Assembly (NCBI GenBank): GCA_963696385.1
Contig: CAVOKF010000005.1
Coordinates: 512,001-576,000 of the forward strand
Source: an uncultured delta proteobacterium
Lineage (GTDB): Bacteria > Myxococcota_A > Polyangia > Polyangiales > Polyangiaceae
Length of the DNA: 64,000 nt
Reading direction: 5' to 3'
Positions 9,144 through 19,775 of the stretch are shown here, one piece after another. Each line of letters opens with the position of its first letter. The first letter of the stretch is position 1. The notes beneath the pieces are model-generated. The model ran no database searches. It was not told the origin of the DNA and saw only the letters and a list, made by a program, of their open reading frames with translations. Both the position numbers and the translations under genes were made by a program.

Positions 9144-11522
9144 CTATCCGGAGGGCGCCTGCCCCGGCCACGCCCAATGGCGGACCTCCGGTAAGTCTTC
9201 ACCGTAGCGGTCGATGTAGAGCTTGTGCTCGACGAGCTTGTCTCGGATGCGTTGCTTGATGTAGGCCCCGGCTCCGCCCGTTTGGGGGAGACGGTCGATC
9301 GCATCCATCACGAGGTGAAAGCGATCCAAGTCGTTCAGTACGGTCATGTCGAACGGCGTCGTGATGGTCCCTTCCTCTTTGTATCCCCGGACGTGCAGAT
9401 TCCTGTGGTTGGTGCGCCGGTAGGTGAGGCGGTGAATCAACCAAGGGTATGCGTGGAATGCGAAGATGACCGGCTTGTCGCGCGTAAAGATGGCATCGAA
9501 ATCGAGGTCGCTCAATCCGTGCGGATGCTCCGACTGCGGTTGCAGTTTCATGAGGTCGACGACGTTGACCACGCGGATCCGCAGGTCGGGGAGGTGCTCG
9601 CGCAAAAGCGAGACGGCGGCGAGCGTCTCCAGCGTGGGCACGTCCCCGCAACAGGCCATCACCACGTCGGGTTCGGCGCCCTGATCGTTGCTCGCCCACG
9701 GCCAGATGCCAATGCCCTCGCTGCAGTGCTTGATGGCGGCGTCCATCGTCAGCCACTGCGGCGCCGGGTGCTTTCCGGCGACGACGACGTTGACGTAGTG
9801 CCGGCTGCGCAGACAATGGTTCATCACCGACAGGAGGCAGTTGGCATCCGGCGGCAGGTAGACGCGGACGACCTCGGCTTTCTTGTTCACGACGTGGTCG
9901 ATGAAGCCGGGGTCCTGGTGGGTGAACCCGTTGTGATCCTGGCGCCATACATGGGAGGCTAGCAGATAGTTCAGCGAAGCGATCTTGCGTCGCCACGGCA
10001 GCTGCGAAGTGACCTTCAGCCACTTGGCGTGCTGGTTGAACATCGAATCGACGATGTGAATGAACGCCTCGTAGCAGTTGAAGAGTCCGTGCCGACCGGT
10101 GAGCAAGTACCCCTCCAGCCAACCCTCGCACTGGTGCTCGCTCAACATTTCCATTACTCGTCCGTCGCGCGCGAGAAACGGGTCGCTCGGAAGGGTACTG
10201 GCTTCCCACTGGCGTGCCGTTACCTCGAAGAGGGACTCGAGCCCGTTGGAGATCGTCTCGTCGGGCCCGAACACGCGGAAATTTCGCTGATCGACGTTGA
10301 GCTCCGCGACGTCTCGCAGGAAACGCCCGAGCACGTGGGTATCGCCGATGCCGCGCACTCCGGGGGAGGGTACGGCGACGGCGTAATCGCGAAAATCCGG
10401 CATTCGCAGGTCCCGCAATAAAATGCCGCCATTGGCATGGGGGTTCGCGCCCATCCGTCGGGCGCCTTTGGGCGCAAGCTCGGAAAGCTCCGGCTTCAGA
10501 CCCCCGCCTTCGTCGAAGAGCTCTTCGGGTCGGTAGCTCCGGAGCCAGTCCTCGAGCAGCTTCAGGTGCCCCGGATGGGTGGCCGGGTCGGAGAGCGGCA
10601 CTTGGTGCGATCGGGACGTGCCCTCGATTTGCAGTCCGTCCACCGTCTTCGGGCCCGTCCACCCCTTGGGTGAATCGAGGACGATCATCGGCCAGCGGGG
10701 GCGTGTCAGGTTGCCGTGGATGCGGGCGTCCGCTTGGATGCTTCGGATCTGCTCGACCGCAGTGTCGAGCGCCGTGGCCATCGCCTCGTGCATCGGCTCC
10801 GGCTCGTGGCCGCAGACGAAGTGAGGAACCCATCCGTAGCCGCGAAGCAATTGTTCCAGCTCTTCTCGGCTGATTCGGGCGAGGATCGTCGGATTGGCAA
10901 TCTTGTAGCCGTTGAGATGCAGAATCGGCAGCACCGCACCGTCGGTGACGGGATTGAGAAATTTATTGGAGTGCCAAGCCGTGGCAAGCGGGCCGGTCTC
11001 CGCCTCGCCGTCGCCCACGACGCAGGCGACGATGAGATGGGGATTGTCGAACACCGCGCCGAACGAGTGGCTGAGTGAATAGCCCAGTTCGCCCCCTTCG
11101 TGAATCGAACCGGGGCACTCCGGCGACGCGTGGCTCGGAATGCCCCCGGGAAACGAAAACTGAAGGAAGAGCTTGCGAAGTCCTGCCTCGTCCTGGCTGA
11201 TATTGGGATAGATCTCGCTGTACGTTCCCTCGAGATACGTGTTGCCCACCACGGCCGGACCGCCGTGTCCGGGACCCGAGACGTAGATCAGGTCGAGGTC
11301 GTATTTGTTGATGACCCGGTTCAAGTGCACGTAGATGAAGTTCTGCCCGGGGGTCGTGCCCCAGTGTCCGAGGAGCATGCGCTTCACGTCCGCGATCTCG
11401 AGCGGCCGCTTCAGCAGCGGATTGTCATAAAGATAGATCTGGCCGACGGATAGGTAGTTGGCGGCGCGCCAGTAGGCGTCGATCTTCCGGAGCAGTTCGG
11501 GTGTCAGCGTTCGGGTCGTCAT
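9144..11522 (-). CDS. xfp: Xylulose-5-phosphate/fructose-6-phosphate phosphoketolase
   Basis: [69 protein letters not shown]. Confidence 0.97.
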   Translation of the reverse strand: MTTRTLTPELLRKIDAYWRAANYLSVGQIYLYDNPLLKRPLEIADVKRMLLGHWGTTPGQNFIYVHLNRVINKYDLDLIYVSGPGHGGPAVVGNTYLEGTYSEIYPNISQDEAGLRKLFLQFSFPGGIPSHASPECPGSIHEGGELGYSLSHSFGAVFDNPHLIVACVVGDGEAETGPLATAWHSNKFLNPVTDGAVLPILHLNGYKIANPTILARISREELEQLLRGYGWVPHFVCGHEPEPMHEAMATALDTAVEQIRSIQADARIHGNLTRPRWPMIVLDSPKGWTGPKTVDGLQIEGTSRSHQVPLSDPATHPGHLKLLEDWLRSYRPEELFDEGGGLKPELSELAPKGARRMGANPHANGGILLRDLRMPDFRDYAVAVPSPGVRGIGDTHVLGRFLRDVAELNVDQRNFRVFGPDETISNGLESLFEVTARQWEASTLPSDPFLARDGRVMEMLSEHQCEGWLEGYLLTGRHGLFNCYEAFIHIVDSMFNQHAKWLKVTSQLPWRRKIASLNYLLASHVWRQDHNGFTHQDPGFIDHVVNKKAEVVRVYLPPDANCLLSVMNHCLRSRHYVNVVVAGKHPAPQWLTMDAAIKHCSEGIGIWPWASNDQGAEPDVVMACCGDVPTLETLAAVSLLREHLPDLRIRVVNVVDLMKLQPQSEHPHGLSDLDFDAIFTRDKPVIFAFHAYPWLIHRLTYRRTNHRNLHVRGYKEEGTITTPFDMTVLNDLDRFHLVMDAIDRLPQTGGAGAYIKQRIRDKLVEHKLYIDRYGEDLPEVRHWAWPGQAPSG

Positions 11523-11586
11523 GATCGTTCTCCCGAACCGTCGATCATCGAGAGGCCGGATGCAAGGACCCGGCGACGAGGCCCGG

Positions 11587-12360
11587 TCAAGCGCCGGATC
11601 GGGCCGCGCGCGTGCGCCGGGCGGCCCGGATCTCTTCTCCGGGATCTCCCGCTTGGCGTTCCTTGAGCTGCTCCCAACCGCGAGTGAATTCCTTGTCGAC
11701 TCGTCCGAGGTGAAGACGCATCGCTGTCCGCGCCGCGCGTCCGTCGCGGGCCTCGAGCGCGGTCAGAATGGCCTGGTGATCGCGCAGGGTGGCCGTTCGG
11801 AGCTCGGGAGTCTGGAAGTGGTGCTCCATGCGCTTCCAGATGGCGCCCCGTCCTTGGTCCCACAGATTGTGGACGACGGCGACGAGCACGCTGTTGTGAG
11901 CCGCCCGAGCGATGCCGAGATGGAACTCCCGATCGGCGGGATCGGTGTCGCGCGTCTGCCTGTGGCCCTGCTCCATTTCCAACACGGCGTGGCGGACGGG
12001 CTCCAAGTCTCCGGGCTTGGCGCTTCGTGCCGCCTCCGCCGCGATTTCGCCTTCGATGAGCCAGCGCGCGCGCAAAAGCTCGAACGGTCCCTGACCCTCG
12101 GCCGTAGGATCGACGGCCGCGACGGGTCGGCGCGGAGCGACGAAGATGCCTGCGCCGACGCGGACTTCCACCTTGCCTTCCACCTCGAGAGCGATCAGCG
12201 CTTCGCGCACCGACGGGCGCGACACGCCCAGTTGGACCGCAAGGTCGCGCTCCGATGGAAGGCGCGCTCCCTCGGGGTATTCGCCGGCCGCAATCAAAGA
12301 GGACAGTTGCCCGGCGATCTGGCGGTAGAGGCGCTGGCTTTCGACGACTTGAATGGGCAT
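11587..12360 (-). CDS. FadR/GntR-family transcriptional regulator (ExuR/UxuR-like)
   Basis: [34 protein letters not shown]-like C-terminus with ADREFH. Confidence 0.93.
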   Translation of the reverse strand: MPIQVVESQRLYRQIAGQLSSLIAAGEYPEGARLPSERDLAVQLGVSRPSVREALIALEVEGKVEVRVGAGIFVAPRRPVAAVDPTAEGQGPFELLRARWLIEGEIAAEAARSAKPGDLEPVRHAVLEMEQGHRQTRDTDPADREFHLGIARAAHNSVLVAVVHNLWDQGRGAIWKRMEHHFQTPELRTATLRDHQAILTALEARDGRAARTAMRLHLGRVDKEFTRGWEQLKERQAGDPGEEIRAARRTRAARSGA

Positions 12361-12473
12361 CCCGACGGCTCCGAAGTGTCCACGGCGCTTCGCCAGGGCC
12401 TGCAAATGAGGGATCGACCCTCCTTACCACGCGCCGCCTCTGTCTGGACTTGGCTAAATGTCCTTCGACGTAA

Positions 12474-12512
12474 ACCGTAACGGGTCGGTCTCGGGTGTCA
12501 AGTTGCCTTACT
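12474..12512 (-). promoter_or_regulatory. Sigma70-like promoter with degenerate GntR operator, upstream of GntR-xfp
   Basis: Minus-strand TTGACA(12501-12496)-N16-TACGGT(12479-12474); 12496-12512 matches the 19798-19814 motif at 14 of 17 positions. Confidence 0.55.
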
Positions 12513-12632
12513 CCGGAGCACACGCGCTCCCATCGCGTCCATCGCGCGCGCGGGCCGCGGCAGCGGTTGCCGGACGCAGTCGCGACGCCGTCCATTAAGC
12601 GCAACGCCGGGTCGGCCTTGCCACGGACGATC

Positions 12633-14048
12633 TCATAACCTGTAGGCGCGTTTCGCGAGGTTGTAGGCGAGATCCACTGCGAGCTCGGCCGCTTCGTCTT
12701 CGTCGAGACGATGCTCGGTGACCCACTTGGCCAGGATGGCGCAATCGACGCGCCGAGCGACGTCGTGGCGCGCGGGGATCGACAGGAAGGCGCGGGTGTC
12801 GTCGTTGAAGCCGACCGTGTTGTAGAAGCCCGCCGTCTCGGTCACGCGCTCCCGGTAGGTGCGGATTCCCTCCGGGCTGTCGAAAAACCACCAGGCAGGA
12901 CCGAGCTTGAGAGCGGGATAATGGCCCGCAAGCGGAGCGAGCTCGCGTGAGTACGCCGACTCGTCGAGAGTGAAGACGATGAGCGACAGGCGCTTGTCGT
13001 TTCCGAACCGATCGAGCAGGGGCTTGAGGGCGCGGACGTAGTCGGTCGCTGTCGGAATGTCCGCTCCCTTGTCTCTTCCGAATTTGTGGAGGATGTCGCG
13101 GTTGTGATTGCGGAACGATCCAGGGTGAATTTGCATGACGAGGCCGTCGTCGAGGCTCATTCGCGCCATCTCGGTCAACATCTGGCCGCGGAAGCATTCG
13201 GCTTCGCTCGGCGATACTGCCGATGCGAGCGCCTTGCCGAACAAGGCCTCGCACTCGGATCGCGAAAGATCGCACGTGAAGGCCGAAGGGTGACCGTGAT
13301 CGGTGGAGGTGGCGCCGTGCGAGGCGAAAAAGTGCCGTCGGGTCGAAAGCGCCCGCAAATACCCTTGCCACGATCCGGTATTTTCGCCAGTGATCGCGCC
13401 GAGCGCTTCCACGCCGCGCGCGAATCCCTCGAACTCGGGATCCACCACCGGGTCCGGCCGAAACGCGGTGATGACGCGACCGTTCCAGCCGGACCGGCGC
13501 AACGCGGCGTGATGGGCCAGGTCGTCGAGGGGCGATTCGGTCGTGGCGAGCACCTCGATGTTGAATCGTTCGAAGAGTGCGCGCGGGAGAAACTGGGGCC
13601 GCGGAAGGCAATCGGCGATCCGATCGTAAATCCGGTCCGCCGATTCCGGCGTGAGCCGCTCGTCGATGCCGAATACGTCGCGCAGCGCATGAGTGAGCCA
13701 CAGGCGCGATGGAGTGCCGCGAAACAGGTAAAAATGGTCCGCTAGCAACCGCCAGATTCTTCTCGAGTCTCGCTCCACGGGCTCGCCGTCCACGCGCGCG
13801 ATGCCGAGCGCCTCGAGGGGTACGCCCTGGCTGTAGAGCATCCGAAACACGTAGTGGTCGGGGACGACGAGCAACGTCGCCGGATCCACAAAAGGCCGGT
13901 TGTCGGCAAACCATGCCGGATCGCAGTGTCCGTGCGGGCTGAGGATCGGAAGCTGCCGCGAAAGGCCGTACAGGCGGCGCGCGACGTCGCGGGTCGGCGG
14001 ATCCGCCGGAAACAGTCGATCGTCGGAGAGCACCGAGGTCGTGGACAC
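12633..14048 (-). CDS. uxaC: Uronate (glucuronate/galacturonate) isomerase
   Basis: PILSPHGH, PDHYVFRMLYSQG, TSTDHGH, MQIHPGS.RNHN, GPAWWFFDS, GFNDDTRAF.SIPARHDVARR; GTG start just after the GntR stop. Confidence 0.96.
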   Translation of the reverse strand: MSTTSVLSDDRLFPADPPTRDVARRLYGLSRQLPILSPHGHCDPAWFADNRPFVDPATLLVVPDHYVFRMLYSQGVPLEALGIARVDGEPVERDSRRIWRLLADHFYLFRGTPSRLWLTHALRDVFGIDERLTPESADRIYDRIADCLPRPQFLPRALFERFNIEVLATTESPLDDLAHHAALRRSGWNGRVITAFRPDPVVDPEFEGFARGVEALGAITGENTGSWQGYLRALSTRRHFFASHGATSTDHGHPSAFTCDLSRSECEALFGKALASAVSPSEAECFRGQMLTEMARMSLDDGLVMQIHPGSFRNHNRDILHKFGRDKGADIPTATDYVRALKPLLDRFGNDKRLSLIVFTLDESAYSRELAPLAGHYPALKLGPAWWFFDSPEGIRTYRERVTETAGFYNTVGFNDDTRAFLSIPARHDVARRVDCAILAKWVTEHRLDEDEAAELAVDLAYNLAKRAYRL

Positions 14049-14053
14049 CGAGT

Positions 14054-14830
14054 CTAGCGCGCGGCTCGCGCGTACGCCCGCGCCGGTTGCAGGCGCGCCG
14101 GCCGCTCCGAGCAGAGCCCCTCGTCCGTCGCCTCCTTGATCGATTCCCAACCCCGGCTGAACTCGCGATGCACGCGCTTCAAGTGTCGGTGCATGGCGCT
14201 TCGGGCGGCGCGCGCATGGCGCTCCTCGATCGCCTGCAGGATGTCTTCATGGTCGCCCAGCATGTCGGCAAGCAACCGAGGCGTCTGAAAGTGGTGCTCC
14301 ATCCTCTTCCAGATCGTGCCGCGCCCTCGATCCCAAGCGTCTTGAACCACCGTGCCGAGCACGCTGTTGTGTGCGGCGCGAGCGACCGCGACGTGGAACT
14401 CGCGGTCGCTCTCGTCGGCGTTCCGACCGTGCGCGTGGCGGCGCCGCATCTCGCTCACCGCGGCACGGATCGCATCGACGTCTTGGGCGCGCGCGTGACG
14501 GGCCGCTTCCGCGGCAATCTCGCCTTCGATGAGGGCACGAGCGCGCAGCAGCTCGAAGGGGCCTTGTCCTTCGGAGGCGAGGTCGGTGGCGGGAACCGAC
14601 TGACTGGCCACGAAGATCCCGGATCCCACACGAACCTCCACCTTGCCGGCGACTTCGAGGGCAATCAGAGCTTCACGCACCGACGGACGGGAGACCCCGA
14701 GCTGGGCGGAAAGCTCGCGTTCGGAGGGCAGTCGCTCACCCTCCGCAAGCTCGCCGGACGCAATCAGTCTCGAGACTTGATCGGCTATTTGACGATAAAG
14801 ACGTTGGTTTTCGATGGTTTGCAGCGGCAT
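14054..14830 (-). CDS. FadR/GntR-family transcriptional regulator, paralogue of 11587..12360
   Basis: [48 protein letters not shown]. Confidence 0.93.
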   Translation of the reverse strand: MPLQTIENQRLYRQIADQVSRLIASGELAEGERLPSERELSAQLGVSRPSVREALIALEVAGKVEVRVGSGIFVASQSVPATDLASEGQGPFELLRARALIEGEIAAEAARHARAQDVDAIRAAVSEMRRRHAHGRNADESDREFHVAVARAAHNSVLGTVVQDAWDRGRGTIWKRMEHHFQTPRLLADMLGDHEDILQAIEERHARAARSAMHRHLKRVHREFSRGWESIKEATDEGLCSERPARLQPARAYARAAR

Positions 14831-14942
14831 GTCCCACATGCTTCCCGAGTGAGAAAGTCCGACGCTGTCGGTGGACGACGTCGCGCCGCGAAGTCCCTAT
14901 CCTCGTCGGTCTGAGTTGGACACATTCGTCAAAGTCAGTGTA

Positions 14943-14984
14943 AAGCTACCGGCCATTGGTCTGAATATCAAGTGGCCTGACCAT
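14943..14984 (-). promoter_or_regulatory. Sigma70-like promoter with FadR-type operator between divergent GntR-uxaC and SDR
   Basis: Minus TTGATA(14971-14966)-N17-TAGCTT; near-palindrome TGGCCTGACCA 14973-14983; 30-mer 27/30 identical to 19787-19816. Confidence 0.7.
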
Positions 14985-15114
14985 GGAGTTTTGCGATGGC
15001 ACGGTGCGGCAAGGCGGCGGACGGGCGTGAGACGAGGTGCGGGCAGGCCAGCCGTTCTCGCAGCCCCTCGACGCGGGTCCGGCTCGGTCGGCAAGCCGCG
15101 TGCGGAGTCGGTTC

Positions 15115-15891
15115 GTGACCGCGTCGGGCCTCGATTTGGGCGGTCAGGTCGCCGTCGTTCTTGGCGGGACCGGTGGCATCGGACGGGCGCTTGCGGTGGG
15201 GCTCGCGCAGGCGGGCGCCGATGTCGTCCCGACCGGGCGTCGGATCGATCACATCGATCGGACCGCAGCGGAGATCGAACAGGTCGGACGCCGTTCGCTG
15301 CGCATCGCGGCGGACGTGACCGACCGCGGGTCTCTCGAGCGCCTACTTGCGGCGACGGTGGGATCGCTCGGGAAAGTGGACATCCTCGTCAATTGCGCGG
15401 GCAAAATCAAGCGCTCGCCGACTCTGGATCTCGCCGAGTCGGACTGGAACGACATCCTCGAGACGAACCTCACGGGCACGTTGCGCGGATGCCAGATTTT
15501 CGGCAAGCACATGATCGATCGCGGGTACGGCCGGATCGTGAATGTGGCCTCGCTCACTTCGTTCGTCGCCCTCTACGAGGTCGCGGCGTACGGGGCCAGC
15601 AAGGCTGGGGTCGTGGCGCTCACCCGGTCGCTCGCCGTCGAATGGGGATCGAAAGGGGTCTGCGTGAACGCGGTCGCACCCGGAATCTTCCCTACCGATC
15701 TGAACGAAGAACTCTTGAACGGCACCGCGCGAGGGCGCGAGCTTCTCATGCGGACACCCCTCAAGCGATTCGGTCGGGTCGAAGAGGTCGTGGGAGCCGT
15801 GGTCTTTCTCGCGTCGCGGAGCGCAAGCTTCGTCAATGGGCAGGTCCTTGCGATCGACGGGGGCTTTCTCGCGAGCGGCGTCAACCAGTAG
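15115..15891 (+). CDS. SDR oxidoreductase, probable fructuronate reductase/D-mannonate oxidoreductase (KduD-like activity not excluded)
   Basis: GGTGGIG, DILVNCAG, YGASK, VNAVAPG, TPLKRFG, DGGFLASG; GGAG before GTG; hexuronate context. Confidence 0.8.
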   Translation: MTASGLDLGGQVAVVLGGTGGIGRALAVGLAQAGADVVPTGRRIDHIDRTAAEIEQVGRRSLRIAADVTDRGSLERLLAATVGSLGKVDILVNCAGKIKRSPTLDLAESDWNDILETNLTGTLRGCQIFGKHMIDRGYGRIVNVASLTSFVALYEVAAYGASKAGVVALTRSLAVEWGSKGVCVNAVAPGIFPTDLNEELLNGTARGRELLMRTPLKRFGRVEEVVGAVVFLASRSASFVNGQVLAIDGGFLASGVNQ

Positions 15892-15923
15892 TCCCCCGGC
15901 TGCTGGCGGCGGCAGAGAACGAC

Positions 15924-17171
15924 TCAATCGCCACCGAAAAGCGGGTCGATGTGTCGCTGCAGGTTTCGGGTGACGCACGGGGCGACGGTTTCTCGTCCGT
16001 CACGAAGCGCGGCCCGGAATTCCTCTCCCAGCTCCGCGGCGATCTTGAATGCGACATGCATCAGCTGGCGCACGTGAATGCTGAAGTCGGCGCAAGAAGG
16101 GTCGTGTCGAATGTGGTTGGCCAGTCGCTCCGCGCCAAACGTCGATACCTCGGATGGCGCCGGGAGCTTCGCCCGGTCGATCGCCACCACGGTCGCATAC
16201 GGAGCGCACAGCTCGTCGTAGCGCGCGAACGCAGCCGCATAGATCCGCTTGGCGAGGTCGAGGCCGGCCGGCCCCGATAGCGTCACTCCGACGACCTCCT
16301 CCAGCCACGTCGTCCCCGCAGTCTTCAGGTGCAATCCCTGATCGGACTTTCGCAGAGCCGCGCGCATGATCGGGTAAAGGGAAAACTTGTCGCTGCCCGT
16401 GTGGACGCTCAGCTTGAGCGACGGCGGAAAGCCGAAGACGTCGATCGCATGGCGAACCACGGCCAGGTCGGCCTCGAATTCGCGCGCGAAAATGCGCGTG
16501 TCGCCGACGTAGTCGATCCCCTTGAGGAACTTTCCCGAAAACTTGGGCGCGACGGTCTGCGCGGGGATGCGCTCGCGGGCGAGCGCTCCGAGCACGAAAA
16601 ACAGCTCCAGCGGCGACTGGGACTCCGAGGCCTCGTCGATGGACACCTCCGTGACGAACGGGTCCGCGCCCTTGGCGGCTTCGATCCGACGGTATGTCCG
16701 ACCGGCCTCCGCCGCGGCGCACACGTAGCGGCGGCCGATTTCCCGAAGAATGGGTTCGGTCACCTCGAAGGCCGCATCGACGCCCGGGATGCGCAACGTG
16801 CCGCGAAATGGTTTCATGTCCCGGACGAACGACTCGATGGCGCGCTCGTCTGCCGATTGGCCGATGAAGTCCGCGACATCGAGCGTGAAAAAGTTGCTCG
16901 ACGCAATGAACCGATCGACCGTCTTCACCCCGATGTGATCGGCATCGACGTAGTACGCGTACTGCCAGCCGGTGGCGCGCACCGCATTGTCGGCGGCGGC
17001 GCGTACGTCCTCCGGTCGGGTCCCGATGAGCGAGTGTTCGCGGTTCGACTTGTTCCACACGGGCACGATCAGGACACCGCGCTCTTCGGCTTTCCGAATG
17101 GCATCCAGTTGAGCGACGCCCTCCACGCCGAAGCGATCCCCGATGCCCAGCGAGTACTTTTCGATGATCAT
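15924..17171 (-). CDS. uxaE: Tagaturonate/fructuronate epimerase
   Basis: YSLGIGDRFG, YVDADH, EVSIDE, APKF.G.F.KGIDY.GD, KLSVHTGSDKFS, HLKTAGTTWLE. Confidence 0.92.
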   Translation of the reverse strand: MIIEKYSLGIGDRFGVEGVAQLDAIRKAEERGVLIVPVWNKSNREHSLIGTRPEDVRAAADNAVRATGWQYAYYVDADHIGVKTVDRFIASSNFFTLDVADFIGQSADERAIESFVRDMKPFRGTLRIPGVDAAFEVTEPILREIGRRYVCAAAEAGRTYRRIEAAKGADPFVTEVSIDEASESQSPLELFFVLGALARERIPAQTVAPKFSGKFLKGIDYVGDTRIFAREFEADLAVVRHAIDVFGFPPSLKLSVHTGSDKFSLYPIMRAALRKSDQGLHLKTAGTTWLEEVVGVTLSGPAGLDLAKRIYAAAFARYDELCAPYATVVAIDRAKLPAPSEVSTFGAERLANHIRHDPSCADFSIHVRQLMHVAFKIAAELGEEFRAALRDGRETVAPCVTRNLQRHIDPLFGGD

Positions 17172-17193
17172 GGCGCTTGGTCTAGGCATGCGG

Positions 17194-18276
17194 TCAGCGC
17201 TGAATTCTCGCCGACCCTCCTCGAGCGAAGGCTCGGACCTGATCGATAGTCGCCATCGTCGTGTCCCCTGGAAACGTCGTCAGAAGGGCGCCGTGCGACC
17301 AACCAAGCCTCACGGCGTCCTCCGGGGTTTCGCCCGTGAGCAGACCGTAGAACAGACCGGCCGCGAAACCGTCGCCCCCGCCGACTCGATCGAACACCTC
17401 GATCTCGCAGGTGGGCGCGCTGACTTGCCGTCCTGCGATCCACGCGACGGCGCTCCATCCGTGGCGGTTGGCGGAGCGGACCTCGCGCAACGTCGTCGCC
17501 ACGGCTTTGATATTGGGGTGCTTCGCGATCACCCGTTCGATCATGCGAAAGAAGGCATCCGCTTGCAGACCGGACCGGTCGCTCACGTTGGGACCCGGGA
17601 CGCCGAGCCCGCGCTGCAGATCCTCTTCGTTGCCCACGAGGACGTCGACATGATCCGCGATCCGGCCGATGACCTCCGCCGCCTTGTTCGCCCCGCCCCA
17701 GACATTCCACAGCTTCTCGCGAAAGTTCAGGTCGAAGCTCACGATGGCGCCCGCCGCCTTGGCGGCCTTCATTCCCTCGAGAATCAGTTCTCCGGTCGTC
17801 TCGGAGAGAGAAGCAAAAATCCCTCCGCTGTGAAACCACCGCAACCCGCCGGCAAATATCCGATTCCAATCGAAATCGCCGGGCTTGAGCCGCGCCGCGG
17901 CCTCGTTCGCGCGGTTGTAGAAGACCACCGGGGGACGCAGACCGAAGCCGCGGTCGCTGTAGACGGTGGCCATGTTGGGCCCACGCACCCCATCGTGCGC
18001 GAAGTCCTTGGTGAAGGCGCGAACGCCCATGGCGCGGACGCGGTCCGCGATGAGGTTGCCGATGGGATAGTCCACCATCGCCGTCGCGATCGCTGTGTTC
18101 ATCCGAAAGCAGTCGGCCAGATTGGCCGTGACGTTGAACTCGCCGCCGCTCACGTGAACGTCGAAGTGCGTGGCTTTGCGAAACGGAACGATGCCCGGGT
18201 CCAGGCGGTGGACCAGTGCCCCGAGGCTCACGAAATCGAGACCCCCGCTTGGGGGGACGATCCATTCGGTACTCAT
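17194..18276 (-). CDS. PfkB-family sugar-acid kinase (KdgK-like)
   Basis: SGGEFNV, SFDLNFREKLW, GNEED, DRVGGGDGF; ATGA overlap with larA stop. Confidence 0.88.
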   Translation of the reverse strand: MSTEWIVPPSGGLDFVSLGALVHRLDPGIVPFRKATHFDVHVSGGEFNVTANLADCFRMNTAIATAMVDYPIGNLIADRVRAMGVRAFTKDFAHDGVRGPNMATVYSDRGFGLRPPVVFYNRANEAAARLKPGDFDWNRIFAGGLRWFHSGGIFASLSETTGELILEGMKAAKAAGAIVSFDLNFREKLWNVWGGANKAAEVIGRIADHVDVLVGNEEDLQRGLGVPGPNVSDRSGLQADAFFRMIERVIAKHPNIKAVATTLREVRSANRHGWSAVAWIAGRQVSAPTCEIEVFDRVGGGDGFAAGLFYGLLTGETPEDAVRLGWSHGALLTTFPGDTTMATIDQVRAFARGGSARIQR

Positions 18277-19580
18277 CGCGCGTCCCCGGCGTGTGCCTCC
18301 GTCACGAACGTCGCCGCGCTTCTCGGGGCCGAGTCGCCTTGCATGCGAAAGAGAAGCTCTCCCGCCTTGGCCACGTAGAGGACCCCGTCGTCCTCGCGCC
18401 CCATCCACTCTCGCGCATCGATCGTTCGAAAGTCGCGATAGCCGAGATTGATGGCCCGGCACTCGGCCTCCGGGATCTGCGTGGCTAGGGTGACGTGGAT
18501 GCGGGGTCGTTCGACGCCGTTCACGAAGGTGCCGATGCCTTTCACGTGGGTCGAGTGCGCGAGCACGCCCCTGGGGATGTCCCGGAAGCGATCCATCTGG
18601 TCGACGAAATAGTCACGCACGTGATAGCCGATTCGGCGAATCATTTCCCCGTGCGTGACCGACAGGCGCGCGATGTGAGGCGCGTAAATGATGAGCTCAC
18701 CGCCATCGGCTACGACCGGCTCGAGCTTGTAGGCGCACTTGCCCCCGACCCAAAGCTCGTCGTACATCGATGGCGCGCAGCTGAGTACGCCATGATACGG
18801 CCTTTCCGCGTACCGGATGTGGACGCGACCCGATAGGTCTGCGGCGGCGCTCCAAGCCTCTTCCGGAGCCCCGATGAACACGCCGATGAGCCCGCGATCG
18901 TGGACGACCAGGCTCACGCACTTGCGCTCGACCGGCACGAGCGCCGCGGCGCGGTCGACGATCGCTCGAACCGGAGTGTGCTTCGCGCCGATGATGCCGG
19001 GGTTCGTGATGAGCGCCCCCAGCCAGTGGAACATGTCGATGATTTCCGGTCCCGAGATACCCGGGAAGAGGTATTTGTTGCCGCCCGAGAAGCCGACGAC
19101 TTCGTGCGGGAAGGTGGGTCCGACGATCAGAAGCAAATCGTATTCGAGCGCGACCTTGTTGATCGTCACGTTGACCCGTTCGCGCATGCGGTCCGCGGAG
19201 AGTGTCTCGACTTCGGACTCGGTGATCTCCCCGATCGAGACGAGCTGCCCCGGGTCGTTCCAACGGTGATTCATGAACCGGGTCCGGGCGTAGCGGCTGC
19301 GTCGCTCGTGTCCCGTGATGCCCAACCGCTCGTTGATGCCGTCGTCAGTCATCGGCGGATGCGTGCCGAGCGCAATCAAAACGTCGAAGCACGCCGCGTC
19401 GTCGGCCATCAGGTCGTGCAGAATCCGAAACAGCAGGTCGATGGGCGCGGTTCGCGTATGGTCGGGGACGATGACGAGAACGCGGCGGCCGCGGACGTTC
19501 CAGTGCGCGATCTCGGCGGCGCACAGCGCGCGAACCGCCGGTTCTTCGATCCCGGCATCGTTTTGTGCAACGCCGATCAT
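18273..19580 (-). CDS. LarA-superfamily nickel-pincer 2-hydroxyacid racemase/epimerase
   Basis: PDHTR, ALGTH, PHEVVGFSGGNK, MFH and GGK motifs correspond to the LarA catalytic and cofactor-binding residues. Confidence 0.88.
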   Translation of the reverse strand: MIGVAQNDAGIEEPAVRALCAAEIAHWNVRGRRVLVIVPDHTRTAPIDLLFRILHDLMADDAACFDVLIALGTHPPMTDDGINERLGITGHERRSRYARTRFMNHRWNDPGQLVSIGEITESEVETLSADRMRERVNVTINKVALEYDLLLIVGPTFPHEVVGFSGGNKYLFPGISGPEIIDMFHWLGALITNPGIIGAKHTPVRAIVDRAAALVPVERKCVSLVVHDRGLIGVFIGAPEEAWSAAADLSGRVHIRYAERPYHGVLSCAPSMYDELWVGGKCAYKLEPVVADGGELIIYAPHIARLSVTHGEMIRRIGYHVRDYFVDQMDRFRDIPRGVLAHSTHVKGIGTFVNGVERPRIHVTLATQIPEAECRAINLGYRDFRTIDAREWMGREDDGVLYVAKAGELLFRMQGDSAPRSAATFVTEAHAGDAR

Positions 19581-19775
19581 GGATCGAGCTGCGCCCGCCC
19601 CATCTCCCGCGGCATCGGGGTCCCGGATTTCGAGCCATCGACCCGCCGCGGATCGTTCGCGGTGGTGCGTGCCGCACCCGCGTTCGCCAGTGCCGGGTCG
19701 CGGCCCACGACGAGCCGCTTCACGCGCCGGCCCCCCTCGGGGGGGCATGTCCCGTCCGCATCGGTGGTAAGGCGG

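Noticed and set aside
14997..15012. TGGCACG as a sigma54 promoter for the SDR gene
   Set aside because: GG-to-GC spacing is 9 nt rather than 10, and there is no TTGC.
19581..19770. Long GC-rich larA leader as a nickel/cobalt riboswitch
   Set aside because: Only generic hairpins (e.g. C6-TCG-G run near 19731-19745); I could not match NiCo consensus elements.
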